Of a stretch of 64,000 nucleotides of DNA, positions 35,701-46,072 are shown one piece after another. The stretch is from the NCBI GenBank assembly GCA_044892525.1, contig CM097888.1:19096001-19160000 (forward strand), read 5' to 3'. This stretch comes from Schmidtea polychroa (taxonomy: Eukaryota). Position 1 is the first letter of the stretch; each line of letters begins with the position of its first letter. Under the pieces are notes generated by a model, which saw nothing but the letters and a program-made list of their open reading frames with translations, did not search any database and was not told the DNA's origin. The translations under genes and the position numbers were made by a program.

Positions 35701-38620
35701 NNNNNNNNNNNNNNNNNNNNNNNNNNNNNNNNNNNNNNNNNNNNNNNNNNNNNNNNNNNNNNNNNNNNNNNNNNNNNNNNNNNNNNNNNNNNNNNNNNNN
35801 NNNNNNNNNNNNNNNNNNNNNNNNNNNNNNNNNNNNNNNNNNNNNNNNNNNNNNNNNNNAAAATTATTATTAAGATTTTTAATCGAATTTTAAAAAAATT
35901 CACATTTTAAATTATTGTCCAGTTACACTGCCTGACATTTTTAAACTTTTTGTATTTTTCTCACATGAAACCATCACTGGTCCAGGTTTTGAGTAACATG
36001 AAAGTTTTTATTTTTAATGATATTGTTTCTTAAAATAATAAAAAGGTACAAGAGATGAAACCTATTTCATAACAAATCATATGTCCAAGTGAATTTGTAT
36101 AATTGCAAACTTATAAAAACAAATGAATTATGTATCCTTCATTTTAAAAACCATCGGAAGTCTGCAATCATTAGTTCGTCTGCTCTTCTCATGTCTCGTT
36201 TTTAAATTATTTGGATGGTCTGATATAATCTTTTGTCATACTCGTCACTGATTTGTTAAGATCAAGCGGGAAAAAAATCACGTTCGAGTGGAGAAAATGT
36301 ATTTTGAGAGACATATTTTCTTCCATTTCATGTGAAAAATCCCGCATTCCCTTGATTATATCATTGTATATCATTTGGTGACTGCTGATTACCTAAAAAG
36401 CAAATCTTATAATTTGCATGAACTGCATCTTTAAAAGTAAACTAATTAGAACGTTGAACATATTTTGTACATTCTCTATACCCAAAAAAAATCGTATTAG
36501 GCAACAAGAAAAGCGTCTAAGAACGTATTTCTCATTGGACACTAAGTATTTCATGAAAACTTCACGAAATAATATTTTAAAGTACTTTCTCTAAATATTT
36601 TCACCATCATCAATAATTAATCCCATGTTTGTTTACAATGAAGAAAGCCATTTCTTGAAATCATTCGTATGCATCATTTTGTACGTGCCAGGACCAATAA
36701 ACACTCCTTTTTTAATTGAAACCTTGGAAAGCTTGGGAAACATCTTCTGATGAACTTTCATTGATAGACCTTCTTTATCGAGTGCTTTGATAAAATTCTT
36801 TAAAAGTCCCAGTTTCACATGAAGAGAGGAAAGAAATAATTTAGATGAAAGAATTAATGAAGCACATTGCAAACTTTGTCTACCGGGGGATATGCTCAGT
36901 CTTGACAAGTCGATTATTCCTAACATAAGTCGTATTTCACCCTGCTGCACCAGATGCAGAGAAAGCAGCAAAATTTAGTAAACTCTTTCTGCATACCATT
37001 GAGCAAACTTATTATCTTTAAATGTTATTTTGAATTTCCCTATTTATTAATAAAATAAATATTATCATGATTTAAAAATATATTGAGACAATTTCCCAAA
37101 ATTTCCTCTTTTATCAAAGATTTTTAAAATATTTTAATATGTTGAAAATAGATTTTTAACAATAATTTAACAACAATTATTATTAACGTTGTATTTATTA
37201 AAAAACTTGACTATGAATCAATAAATATATCAAAAACATCGATATATTTACTGATTCATATTAAATTTTTTTAATAAACGCAATGGTAATTGAAAAGAAA
37301 TCAGAGGTGAAAATTGAAAAAAGTTCTCATAATAAACAATTAAAACGGTTTGTTATATAATTTAAATTGCATGTAGTGTGTTTGTATGTTTTTTTACTCT
37401 TTTTTGTAACCTTCTTTGAATCTTATAATAAATTGGCAGATGTAACTGCTAATATCTTCAGCACAGAATTTTTTTATAATAAGGTCCTATTAATTGCACT
37501 AATGGACATGCTTATTTAATTTTGTCAAAAATTATACCAAAAATATAAATTAACTTAAAAACCTTGCATATTTGCATGTATGGAATATTTTTTTTATGTG
37601 GAGTCATCGAAAAGGTTTAAAAAACATCCCTATTTCCTTTTATTATATTTTCAATGAGCCCCTTACTTATTGTCAAGCGCCTTTATTTATTGCCCAACTG
37701 TCTGTGCTTTTATTATTGAAAATTTGTGCACCGGGCTTTCATCTCTCAAAGGTTTTTCTATCTTTATATAGTGAAAGCTTTTCCTTATTGTCAAATGACC
37801 TTATTTACTGCCCTTATTTCTAATGACACACACACACACATTATTTATTTATTATCATTTCAAGATTAAAAGCGAATATTCAAAATATTGTTAACATTGA
37901 GTCAATAATATGTTATTTTCTTTATGAAAATATTTTGAATAAAAATTATTTAACAGATCACACATGTTATTTCGTTTTTACAGTATTAATATAATTATAT
38001 TAATGTTAGCAATGAATGATCAAATAAATAAAAAAATTATTTATTATATGTTCGAAACCAGAAAACCGTAATACTATATGTAAAACGTTTTCCCAAAGCA
38101 ATAATATCTCCTCGGTTGAATTGGTTCAGTAGAAATTGAATCATGAGAAATAAAATAAAGTTTTCGATAAAATATTTGTAGTAATCACATATTCAGATAT
38201 TTACATTTAACAGTATTTTAGTTCATAAATAATTGGAAATTTAAATAAACAACTTTCTTTGTTTTTAATAACGTTTAAAGTTGTAATTAACTTTTGTTTT
38301 AATGCACTGATTTATTAGTCATACAAAATCTTCAATTAAAGAATTATTTATATTGAAACATAGAAATAATAAAACATGAAACATAATGAAACATAGAAAT
38401 AATTGTTTTGAATATTTTATTGAGAAAAATGTCAACTAAAAAGGTATAAGCGTACAAAAAAATGTGAAACATATTTTCTTACTTTTTTATCCATAATTAT
38501 TGTAGCTTCAAAAACATATCCAACATAGGCCGAAAGATTATGAACTTCAACTGATGAATAGTAAATCTTCCAAAATGCAAATTGAATAAAAATGAAACTA
38601 AAAAAGCTGAATTGTGTCAT
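9010..38620 (-). CDS. DAG1: Dystroglycan-like gene, multi-exon span; incomplete model (an internal exon and the 3' end not found)
   Basis: Motif matches to human dystroglycan from memory: LPDWMYW..TLIGLPLENNLG vs LPSWLHW..TLEGLPLDTDKG; SAYVGYVFEATI vs TAVVGRSFRVTI; LEIRIP vs FEVKIP; PWIALSASNDFLYGLPLKKHV vs [21 protein letters not shown]. GT-AG junction phases are compatible wherever adjacent exons were found. Confidence 0.85.
10658..10735 (-). CDS. DAG1: Dystroglycan exon (Ig/cadherin-like domain 4, start)
   Basis: gatttag|(R)IPFKSYVLRRTSLDHSSIKEMRLET|gtatgt; 78 nt; phase-compatible on both sides. Confidence 0.8.
12675..12949 (-). CDS. DAG1: Dystroglycan exon (second half of an SEA-like module plus linker); 5' end lies in the N gap
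   Basis: Open frame LLIFDWFFYNEFSITTFC...FMVNITVLENRFGGIC...DQNPVTKDPLD...AAELEI|gtgatt resembles SIVVEWTNNTL..C...ITVTGSGSC; phase 1 donor joins 10735. Confidence 0.7.
12950..13079. other. Assembly gap that hides a dystroglycan splice acceptor; other gaps at 31593-31818, 35604-35859, 44620-44821, 48452-48590, 58331-58547, 61981-62225
   Basis: Runs of N. Confidence 0.99.
13951..14093. repeat. Palindromic repeat family A, centrally deleted copy
   Basis: ataagaactttt...aaaagagcttgaagactataaatcagtaaatatatc / gatatatttactgattcatagtcttcaggctcttttt. Confidence 0.85.
16509..16792 (-). CDS. DAG1: Dystroglycan exon (end of Ig domain 3 plus first half of an SEA-like module)
   Basis: tactag|...LLTLIKNESKIYIHLTLPVV...SVFKFREKIQ...TWKLLKDLEDYVVKSLKITKIKIQIF...DKKQ(G)|gtaaat; 284 nt, open. 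Confidence 0.65.
16839..16923 (-). CDS. DAG1: Dystroglycan exon (Ig domain 3, middle)
   Basis: ttttag|(G)NSPFDWNETGNLEILDVASMEGRLIEI(N)|gtaaga; 85 nt; 46-nt intron to the next exon with matching phase. Confidence 0.65.
17440..17775 (-). pseudogene. Degenerate gene fragment with an F-box-like motif; paralogous to 41700-41950
   Basis: IDSLNENNIDRNSPRKSE...FEFQWKCSI and KFLKFIEIPVEVIINMITYL; frames broken; boundaries approximate. Confidence 0.3.
17847..18060 (-). mobile_element. hAT (Buster/SPIN-like) terminal fragment fused to a transposase remnant
   Basis: TIR-like CAGGGCTGGGGAACCTTTT at 17847; minus ORF LVSVCSDGAPSMRG...LLCFHCILHQ (hAT DGAxxM and CxxH motifs); second end not found. Confidence 0.8.
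18091..18240. repeat. Degenerate minisatellite of about 30-bp period (AAAATAGC-core units)
   Basis: About five units beginning aaaatagcacag, aaaatagcacgg, aaaatagctcag, aaaataacctaa, aaaatggctcaa. Confidence 0.55.
19979..20660. mobile_element. Inverted-repeat family B element with a spacer of about 500 bp
   Basis: Arms 20001-20034 and 20622-20655 match at 33 of 34 nt and extend imperfectly inward; TAA/TTA-rich flanks. Confidence 0.7.
20713..20788 (-). CDS. DAG1: Dystroglycan exon (Ig domain 3, start)
   Basis: attaag|HTVPLAWFNRFGVRKREDVLIIKAT(G)|gtaatg; 76 nt; parallels YVIPENTFF of domain 2; phase 1 donor joins 16923. Confidence 0.6.
21428..21856 (+). mobile_element. Penelope-like element, second and more 5'-truncated copy
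   Basis: Colinear with about 2885-3255 (LLKNFDNYWERVICEALL, AT-rich 3' region, hammerhead); small internal duplication taaagtcatta. Confidence 0.88.
21818..21856 (+). ncRNA. Minimal type I hammerhead ribozyme motif, copy 2 (intact pairing)
   Basis: CAC-CTGATGA(21821-21827)-T-GACAG-GAAAA-CTGTC-GAAA(21844-21847)-TATA-TC^-GTG; helix I cac/gtg; 5-bp helix II; palindromic helix III. Confidence 0.82.
22385..22870 (+). pseudogene. Possible decayed non-LTR retrotransposon RT C-terminal region ending in (TA)n
   Basis: Purine-rich, mostly open frame TEVKRRKNKQSRF*K...YIWELKF...EIDSRTKKENLKL, weakly like RTE/CR1 thumb regions; (TA)n at about 22867-22895. Confidence 0.3.
24576..26416 (-). mobile_element. 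Internally deleted Helitron carrying PIF1-helicase remnants
   Basis: 5' end ctatatatc followed by a (GTHY)n-like microsatellite; NKVILTPKNIDV; SGDVTTYMSID; SSGTLPHLLKVNIGSFIMLLRNL..LQNGA; FGHGQLYVAL; 3' hairpin ctgcg-ttat-tgcgg then CAAG|T (one mismatch to CTAG). Confidence 0.8.
25145..26094. mobile_element. Tc1/mariner-type MITE nested in the Helitron
   Basis: 33-bp TIRs CACC(C/T)AATTCCGAAATTTAATAAC(C/T)TCTATAAT; TA on both sides (25143-44, 26095-96); splits the helicase remnant. Confidence 0.8.
26470..27125 (-). CDS. DAG1: Dystroglycan exon (end of S6-like domain, basic cleavage-like region, Ig domain 2)
   Basis: tttttag|...LLWSIGK...QWFVGFLHRQRKFSRIYYRRS...YVIPENTFFD...KWISYNQ...LKICAYNAFGGYIC|gtaagt; 656 nt, open. 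Confidence 0.88.
27173..27507 (-). CDS. DAG1: Dystroglycan exon (Ig domain 1 and S6-like domain)
   Basis: ttaag|VSLPDWMYWMNETLIGLPLENNLGE...KIQLINDIKNIM...ETIS(K)|gtttac; 335 nt; 47-nt intron to the next exon with matching phase. Confidence 0.88.
29294..29522. repeat. Palindromic repeat family A, near full hairpin plus right terminus
   Basis: Arms of about 90 bp (29294-29472) centred on cactgcctttcac/ttgaaaaaggcaatgc; ends aaagttcttat. Confidence 0.9.
31329..31570. repeat. Palindromic repeat family A copy, just before an N gap
   Basis: tgaccatgaatcagtaaagatatcaatg...ttcggc / gccgaa...cattgatatctttactgattcatagtca. Confidence 0.9.
32501..32631. repeat. Palindromic repeat family A, left half
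   Basis: ataagaactttt...gactatgaatcagtaaatatatcgatgc...ttcggcactgccttttt, followed within 30 nt by (TAA)27. Confidence 0.88.
32659..32739. repeat. (TAA)27 microsatellite
   Basis: Read directly. Confidence 0.95.
34975..35120. repeat. Palindromic repeat family A, left-arm remnant plus right half
   Basis: cttttcaattggg...ttgactatgaa, then cttgaaaaagtcaatgccgaaaattcgtgaatatc...atcgatatatttactgatt. Confidence 0.8.
35926..37015 (-). mobile_element. Chapaev3-type (CMC) transposase remnant with one terminus
   Basis: LLNGMQKEFTKFCCFLCIWCSR; LSSLHVKLGLLKNFIKALDKEG...FPKLS...KKGVFIGP; LKIHFLHS..FFP..ISDEY match the remembered motifs TKYCCFLCEWDSR, LPPLHIKLGLMKNFVKA and LKIHFLHSHLDFFP; terminus TTA|CACTG at 35926. 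Confidence 0.75.
37189..37330. repeat. Palindromic repeat family A, centrally deleted copy with right terminus
   Basis: ttgactatgaatcaataaatatatc / gatatatttactgattcata...gaaatcagaggtgaaaattgaaaaaagttctcat. Confidence 0.85.
38483..38620 (-). CDS. DAG1: Dystroglycan first coding exon (signal-peptide-like N-terminus plus start of Ig domain 1)
   Basis: MTQFSFFSFIFIQFAFWKIYYSSVEVHNLSAYVGYVFEATIIMDKK|gtaaga; phase 0 donor matches the phase 0 acceptor at 27507. Confidence 0.72.
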
Positions 38621-39991
38621 TTAAAATCGTTTATTCGAATTCGAAGATAAAGACAAATTTTCTAGTTGTAGTTCCGCATATCTGAATTAATATTTATTTC
38701 ATCAGTTGGATACAAAATTTCACAAATAATTTCTTGTTTGTTTAACTCGGTTTTGTTTTCCTTCAAATCCAAATATTTGCCTTTTAACAGCTCAAATTTG
38801 ATTTGAGAAACTTTTACTAGTTTAAATATTTGGATTTTTTCCCATCAATTTTTCGTGGAAATCTAGGACAGTCTCAAGTATAGATAAAAAGAGTCATAAA
38901 AAGAATTATAATACCTAAATGGTTTATCAATGTTGATCTTGACGGCGAGTTTCATTAAAACAAAAAATCAGTTTGTTACAGTTACATCTTAGAGAAATGA
39001 AATAATTATTTTTCAATTTTAATTTATAAATATTAATTAAGACATGGAATTATGTCCATAATTTTTCATAGAATTATATATGATGCTAAAAAATTTAAAT
39101 TAATTATTACTGTTAAATATTAATCAACCCATTACTAAATTACAACATCAAAGAATTTTTTTTTCAAAAAAGCAATAGGATTTATTTTTCGTTTAATTGA
39201 AAACCATGGGCAATTAATATTTATAACGTTATTTTCGAAAAATTTTAAAGCTTATAGAATTAACAAAGATTAATTTCTCTAGAAATAGATTTAAATAATA
39301 TTATAAATTTGCTTTGTAATTGTAAATTTAAAGCTTGCGGTTAAAATTATTACTTATGGCGTCGTGTTTATCAATTCTATATCTTAACTATTGTTTGTTT
39401 GATTGTCTGAAGAAATAAAATCTCGAACGATATGCTGTGTCATGAAATTCAAACATGCACAAAGTCATTTAAGTGTCTTTATTGTAATGGAAGTCAATGA
39501 AGTTTTCATTATTATTGCTAGAACTGAGTTTGAATTTGAGTTATACATTCCCACCAATGCAGGATGACAAACAACTAAATAAATAATTGTAGGGGCTTGG
39601 TTTATTTCGGTTTTTGATTTCTAGATTTCTTGCTGACATCAAATTCTTTCAACATTTTTCATTAAAATATATTAAATAATTATATGTAAGAAACTGAATC
39701 CTTGGAAGTAAAGATAATACTGTATATATTTTTCAACTGTAGATATTTGTATAGTAAATAATTAATTAATTTCTGGAGTTTAATAATTTTATTTTAGAGG
39801 TATAATTCGAGCTTAATATTAGGAATTATTTAAAAATGTTTTGAATTCTTAAATTTTTAAAATGAAGATTAAAGTTGTTATAAATATATAAATATAAGCT
39901 CCATATAACAATCTTAAAAGTCACAACGTCTTTATATTGGTATTATTTTGGTTTATTAATATTACTCATTATTAGTGTATTTAGTAGTTTT

Positions 39992-40367
39992 GGTACTTCC
40001 GTGTTATCTTACCCCCAAAAATTAAATTATAAAATACAATTAAAATAACAATATAAAAAATGAGAGAATACATTATTGATGACGTTATTGAACATTATTG
40101 AACATGAATTTATTAAGGCTATCTGTGATTTATGTGATTATGTGATTATGTGAGTTTATGTGGCGCAAACGTGTTCTAAGCAACAGTACCGATGTGTTCG
40201 ACACTATTCTCAACGACATTGTGGTTTTCTGGCCACCTGGATGACCATTTACAAACTCTTTACAAACATTTGCTGAGTTTGTAACTGTGATTTAGAAAAT
40301 AAATATAATGATTATGTGTTCTTTTTAATTTAATTTGGGGGGGGGGGTAAGATAACACGGAAGTACC
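39992..40367 (+). mobile_element. Merlin (IS1016-related) deletion derivative
   Basis: TIRs GGTACTTCCGTGTTATCTTACCCCC...AAATTAAATT; perfect 8-bp TSD GTAGTTTT (39984-91, 40368-75); internal LCEFMWRKR...VFDTILNDIVVFWPPG* resembles the Merlin transposase C-terminus. Confidence 0.85.
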
Positions 40368-40928
40368 GTAGTTTTAATAATAAATGATGTATTTCATATT
40401 AAAGTTTAATGTTATCTTGGAAAAAAAATTTATTTATTCTTAAATGTTAAAAAAAAGTTTTATTATATATTTAATTGAGTAATATAAATTGTGGAAACTT
40501 TATAATTAAAATGATATTGATATTAAAATTTTTATCATTATTTAATTTGAAAATTAGTTTAAATTGTATTCACATTTATGATAATTATTTTTTCCGCCAT
40601 TTTTCTCTCGGGAAATTTGTTCTAGTCTGGCTATTATTACGGGTAAATAGCTCGTGTGACTTGTTGAATGACAAGATATTTCTAAGAGTCATTGTTGAAA
40701 AAGATTTTATTTAAGACCCAGAATTAAGAAATCTTGAATTTTGATAAATTAACTTTGTTAGTAATATAAATGATATTTTAGTAATTTTTAGAAAAGGTAA
40801 AAATTATAATTAAATTTGGTAAATACTAAAAATAAACTGTTGAAAAAAATTATCTTAAATTCTTATGACATTTTTATTTAAAAAGAATTTTAATCAACTA
40901 TAAATATTTTACAAAGCATATTCTTTAC

Positions 40929-41343
40929 CAGTGCTTTTTTCTGACTAAACGCTCCGGAACGGCGTTCCGGCACCTTTTTTCGTTGAATGATTTTAAAAAA
41001 TTGACATTTTTTTGGTTTTTTGTCATATTTCAATTTCTGACATTTCAAATAGTCAATTACAATCAAATTAAAAGTAGTAATCGTACACCAAAGCGAGTGA
41101 ATCACAACTCCGTGCTTTTTTTTTTTTTTTTTTTTTGCTATAAACAACTTTACGATTTCATTTTTCTTTATATTTTTTCTAAATTATAAAATTTATCGGT
41201 AATAAGTTACTAATAACTAATAAGTGTATATTTTGTGTCCTGTATAATTATTTTATTTGTTAGCTAATTTCAGCGTCATTTTGTTGCATATAAAGGATAG
41301 TACAGATAAGTTCCGGCCCCTTTTTTCCAGAAAAAAAGAACTG
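40929..41343. mobile_element. hAT-type MITE
   Basis: Ends CAGTGCTTTTTT and AAAAAAAGAACTG; subterminal GTTCCGGC motifs at both ends; 8-bp TSD TTCTTTAC/TTCTTTAG (7 of 8 match). Confidence 0.78.
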
Positions 41344-41699
41344 TTCTTTAGCAGAATTTATCGGGCATGAAAAGTAATTATAGATAAATTATTTATTATT
41401 TAGCTGATAATAACAACACAATAAATTAGATTTGTTCACACAATTTCGGCAGTCTTTATCAAATGTTAGCCGATCAATCTTAATTTTTTTATTATGCACG
41501 AGGAAAAAGCAAATATAGTACAAATATTTTTGTTATTTTAAGTTTATAAATTTATAGGTTATTAATATAAATTTAATACAATATTGTTGGTCAATTCTGG
41601 GGTTAAATGTGTCGTGTCCAGATGTTCTTCAGAATTCTGATAAATCAATTTTGATACCAATGGATATAGCAGAAATTTTTGTAACTACAGAGAAAATAA

Positions 41700-41950
41700 A
41701 ATGGTGTGATATAAAACATACTTTTAGTGATTCAATCATTGACTCGTTGAACGGAGATGATATCAATCGGAATTCACTGAGAAAGAGTGAGAAGCGGTCG
41801 GCGAATTGGTTCGAATCTCAATGGACAAGTTCAATCTAGTGAACACAAATCTAAGAATTTAATGAATTTTAACACAATTTATAAGGATTTGCATTTCATA
41901 AAATATCCTAAAATGCATTAACATTCCAGTTGAAGATATAATTAACAGGT
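41700..41950 (+). pseudogene. Degenerate gene fragment, paralogue of 17440-17775
   Basis: IDSLNGDDINRNSLRKSE...FESQWTSSI and NIPVEDIIN; nucleotide similarity visible in inverted orientation. Confidence 0.3.
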
Positions 41951-44821
41951 AAAGTGGTCGCGAAGAAAAATTACCGTGATATAATTCAGTGCTTAGCTTG
42001 TAAAGAGGCAAATGAATGTGGCTTAGCCATATATTCAAACTCCAACCAATCTATGAAAAAAGGTTGAGGTTAGAATCATATCTTATGATTTACGTGTTGG
42101 CATTAAATCGTTTGCATACGACTTACCTTAGGGTCGGGAAAGCGTAAGATTTGGAGAATTGCGAGAATTTAAACTCGCTATATGGTTCATTCGAGAGTTG
42201 ATGGTGTTTTGTCAATATGTATAATTTTTTAGATTGATAATTATATATACGACAACTATATATATGTAATGATCTATATTATTTTTAGATATATAATATG
42301 TAATGTTAAATATTTGATATATATATATGTATTTCATATGCATATATGATATGGTTGTTTGTATAATGTATTTTTATATGGCCGGTTTTGATATTATAGC
42401 AGAACCGGCATTTTTGCCCAGAAGATTTTCAGGGCTTCTGACTTATATATAATTCATTTATACTTCATTCATATTTCAATTGTGCTTAATTTATAGTATT
42501 TTTGAAATATTAACTGATATTGTTCAAAATTATTTAGAAAAATTAAAAATTATTTAATATTTTTGAAAAAATTGCCTGTGAAATTTTAAATTACTGCTTT
42601 TATAACCATGAAAAAATTATTTTTGAAAAAATGTATAAATATTTAGAAAAAAGCAATGTAATTTTTTGAAAAATATTCGATTTTGGTAAGGAAATTTATA
42701 AAATGGTTTGAGTATTATTATTCAATATATAAAGTTGTAAAAGAATAAAACTAATTTTCAAATTTTGTAATAAAATCTTTGACAATTATGAGAAACGGGT
42801 ATAGTGTGAGTTTCAAAAATACAACCACAATAGATACAAAATATTGACCTTAGGTCAAAAACTAAATAAGAATAATTTTAATCGTAATCCCACATATAAT
42901 AAGAGGTAAAGAAAAACGGCAAATGGTGTTACTAAAGACCTTATATAGTCTTATTTTATTTTAAACATAGTTTTCAAATTTTAATTAAATAGATTTATAT
43001 ATTTTTACAAAATATCATTTTTACTTTCATTTAAAATAAAAGAAAGGTCTTTAAATTAATGTTAGAAGTTTCAAAATGTCTAATTTTAACATAGCACCTT
43101 CTCACAATCAAGATAATTAAAAATAAAATTCATGAAATGCCTGACTTCCATAATCTTCTTAATGGAATACACCTGTTACTGCCTAGATATATTGGACTTT
43201 CAATATTGGACTGTACCTGTCAAGTTAATTAGAAACATAATTCAATCTTTGATTACTAACTGAACCAAAAATAATATCTGCAATGGCCAAAGATTTTCAA
43301 AAAAAGCCTCACTATTTTATCCAAATTAATATGAAATATATATCATATAATATTTTTGTTGTAGAATAAATTTAATATAACAAATGTGTTTTATTAATAG
43401 TATAAATAATAATAATAACCATTTCATAGCAAACAAAATTCATTTTAATAATCTATATTTATTTTAATTATTGCAAAATATAAAAATATTACAATGCAGA
43501 ATATGAATTTTAGATATCAAATGAAATCGCTATTAATTTGGATATGATTCTTAAGACTAAATAGATATGAAAATCTTATTGATTAAAACAAATTTCTTTT
43601 TCAAAGGCAAAAATGATAATTTGTGAGATGAATTAATCAGCTTAATGAGAATATATTATCAATATATTATCACACATATTATAAAAGAAAGCAACATGTA
43701 ATTATTTTTTTCTGAACATGGATTACTCTCGGGAAATTTAGCATAATTAATATACAGTAAAATAATATTTTCAGATTTAAAAAATAATTATTCTTTTTTG
43801 AGAAATTGGCAAAAAATGATTTTCTAAAATATTTATAAGAACTTAATTGAAAATACAATTAAAGTAATAATAAAATAATAATATAAAAATTAATAAAATA
43901 AATAAGTAATTTAAACAAAAAAAATAGATTTATACACAAAGGTAAATGTTAAAGCTATAAATAGAATATAATTATTGCATCTATTTTATGTTTCTGCATT
44001 AAAGGTAAAATTAAAATTAAATAAATAAAATCATACAAAATTAGTAAAATTAAGAAAATATTCTGCATTTATGATAATTTTAAATTAAAAATACTACATT
44101 TTGCGATTAAATTAAATTTAAGCAATTAAATTGAAATTAAATTAAAGTAAGACAAATAGAAAGTATAAAATAGAAGAAATGTTTGAAAGTACATAGAATA
44201 TCCAAAATCAAATAGTTGCTTAAAAGCACAAAATGTGAAAATATACAATGGAAACTTTTCAGAAAGGAAATCATAATGTTGTGGTTCCAATTTCTCAACT
44301 TTTTTTCCTTATATAATTAAATAAAAATAAATAATTTATTGATTAAAATACGAATTTTTCTAACCAATTTACCTTCAGCAAAATAGCCTTTACACTGATA
44401 TAAATTTTTTAGCTACAATTCTATGGGTTCAAATGCGGTTACCTAAACTAGTTTTTGTACTGTATGCTTTAATCTGGTCTTCTGGTCTTTGAGAAACTAA
44501 ACAAATTTTTTTTGATGGTTTGACCGAACAATTTAATTAGTATATAAATCAAAATTATATGTGCATGTATATGCATGACTTATTATTAATTTTATTAATT
44601 GAAATAATTTGGCTCCTCTNNNNNNNNNNNNNNNNNNNNNNNNNNNNNNNNNNNNNNNNNNNNNNNNNNNNNNNNNNNNNNNNNNNNNNNNNNNNNNNNN
44701 NNNNNNNNNNNNNNNNNNNNNNNNNNNNNNNNNNNNNNNNNNNNNNNNNNNNNNNNNNNNNNNNNNNNNNNNNNNNNNNNNNNNNNNNNNNNNNNNNNNN
44801 NNNNNNNNNNNNNNNNNNNNN

Positions 44822-44990
44822 AGCAGCATTTATTATTTAAAACAATTAAGTGATAATTTAAGCCTTTTGCTGCGAATAATGTATTTAATGAAATATTTTT
44901 CGACTATAAGATAGTCCTTAAAGTCGAAATTTTTTCAATAAATACATTACTCGCAAAAAAGGCTTTAATTATCACTTAATTGTTATTATT
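44822..44990. repeat. Inverted-repeat family B, short-spacer hairpin copy abutting an N gap
   Basis: agcagcatttattatttaaaacaattaagtgataatttaagccttttgctgcga...ttttcgact / agtcgaaa...tcgcaaaaaaggctttaattatcacttaattg. Confidence 0.8.
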
Positions 44991-46072
44991 ATTAAGCAAG
45001 TAAATGATAATCCTTTTGTTGCAAAATATATATTAAATGGGAAAATTTTCGATTATAAGATAATCATTTTCAAATCTGAATTTTACATCTAAAAAAACAT
45101 GCAGAAAATTATATAAAACGAGTAAAATAGCTATAAGAAAATCATTGTTATATTTAACTTATTAAAATAATTTTTAATAAGTCAGTTAGAAGTTTATTTT
45201 TTTCATCTTAAAAAACCATGTTAGATTGAATTTCAATAATAAGTTGATTATTATTAAAAACTTAATTTAATTAATTAAATTAATTGAAATTAGGAAATTT
45301 TAAAATTAATTTTGAGAAAAAATCTTTTTAACCCATTGAATAACAATGTAATTTGTATCAATTTAAATCACGAAAAAGAAGCTTAACATTTATTTAAACT
45401 AGTCATGCCTTTTGTTTTAATTAACAGATATTCGGTTTTGAGAGCGAGATTTGGTAAATTTTGTTTTTGGGCGAACGCGACCAATTTTAGGTTGAAACAT
45501 TTCATTTAATGAACATTGGGGAAATGATTTACCTATTTATTCATCTGAATTGTTATAATTAATTTCGATATCTTTAGGTTATTCAGATTATTCAGATTAT
45601 CATTAATACACTTCATAGTAATCAACAACTGATTTCTATTTGCACAACCTTCCAACCTTCTGCCATGTGGCTTTTAATAATTATATATATCTTGGGTCAT
45701 ATTCTTTAATTTTCACAGAAATAGCCAAACTCTGCTTGTTTCTCGTCCACCAAAAAGAATTACATTCACAGATTTCTGAATTATAATATATTAGACGGAA
45801 ATTAATTTTGAAAACAAGCTTAAATTTTTTCAAAATTTTCTAATCAAATATATTTGTTTTAACCGTTTCAACCACACATTCTGCAATATTTAAACAACTT
45901 TTTCTGATTATATAGAAAAAACCCGATTATTTAAATTAAACCAAATTAAAACATTTAATTTTTTGAAGCCAATCACAATTTGAAAACTTACGGATATATT
46001 TATTGAATTTATTTTTAAGTAAAATTTCATTAGTAAGAGTAATATTCAAGAAAACATTTTGTCAGTATAAAG

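Noticed and set aside
37570-37840. Possible solo LTR on the minus strand (TATA-like box, 31-bp direct repeat with TTGACAATAAG)
   Set aside because: No defined TG/CA pair with a TSD could be found
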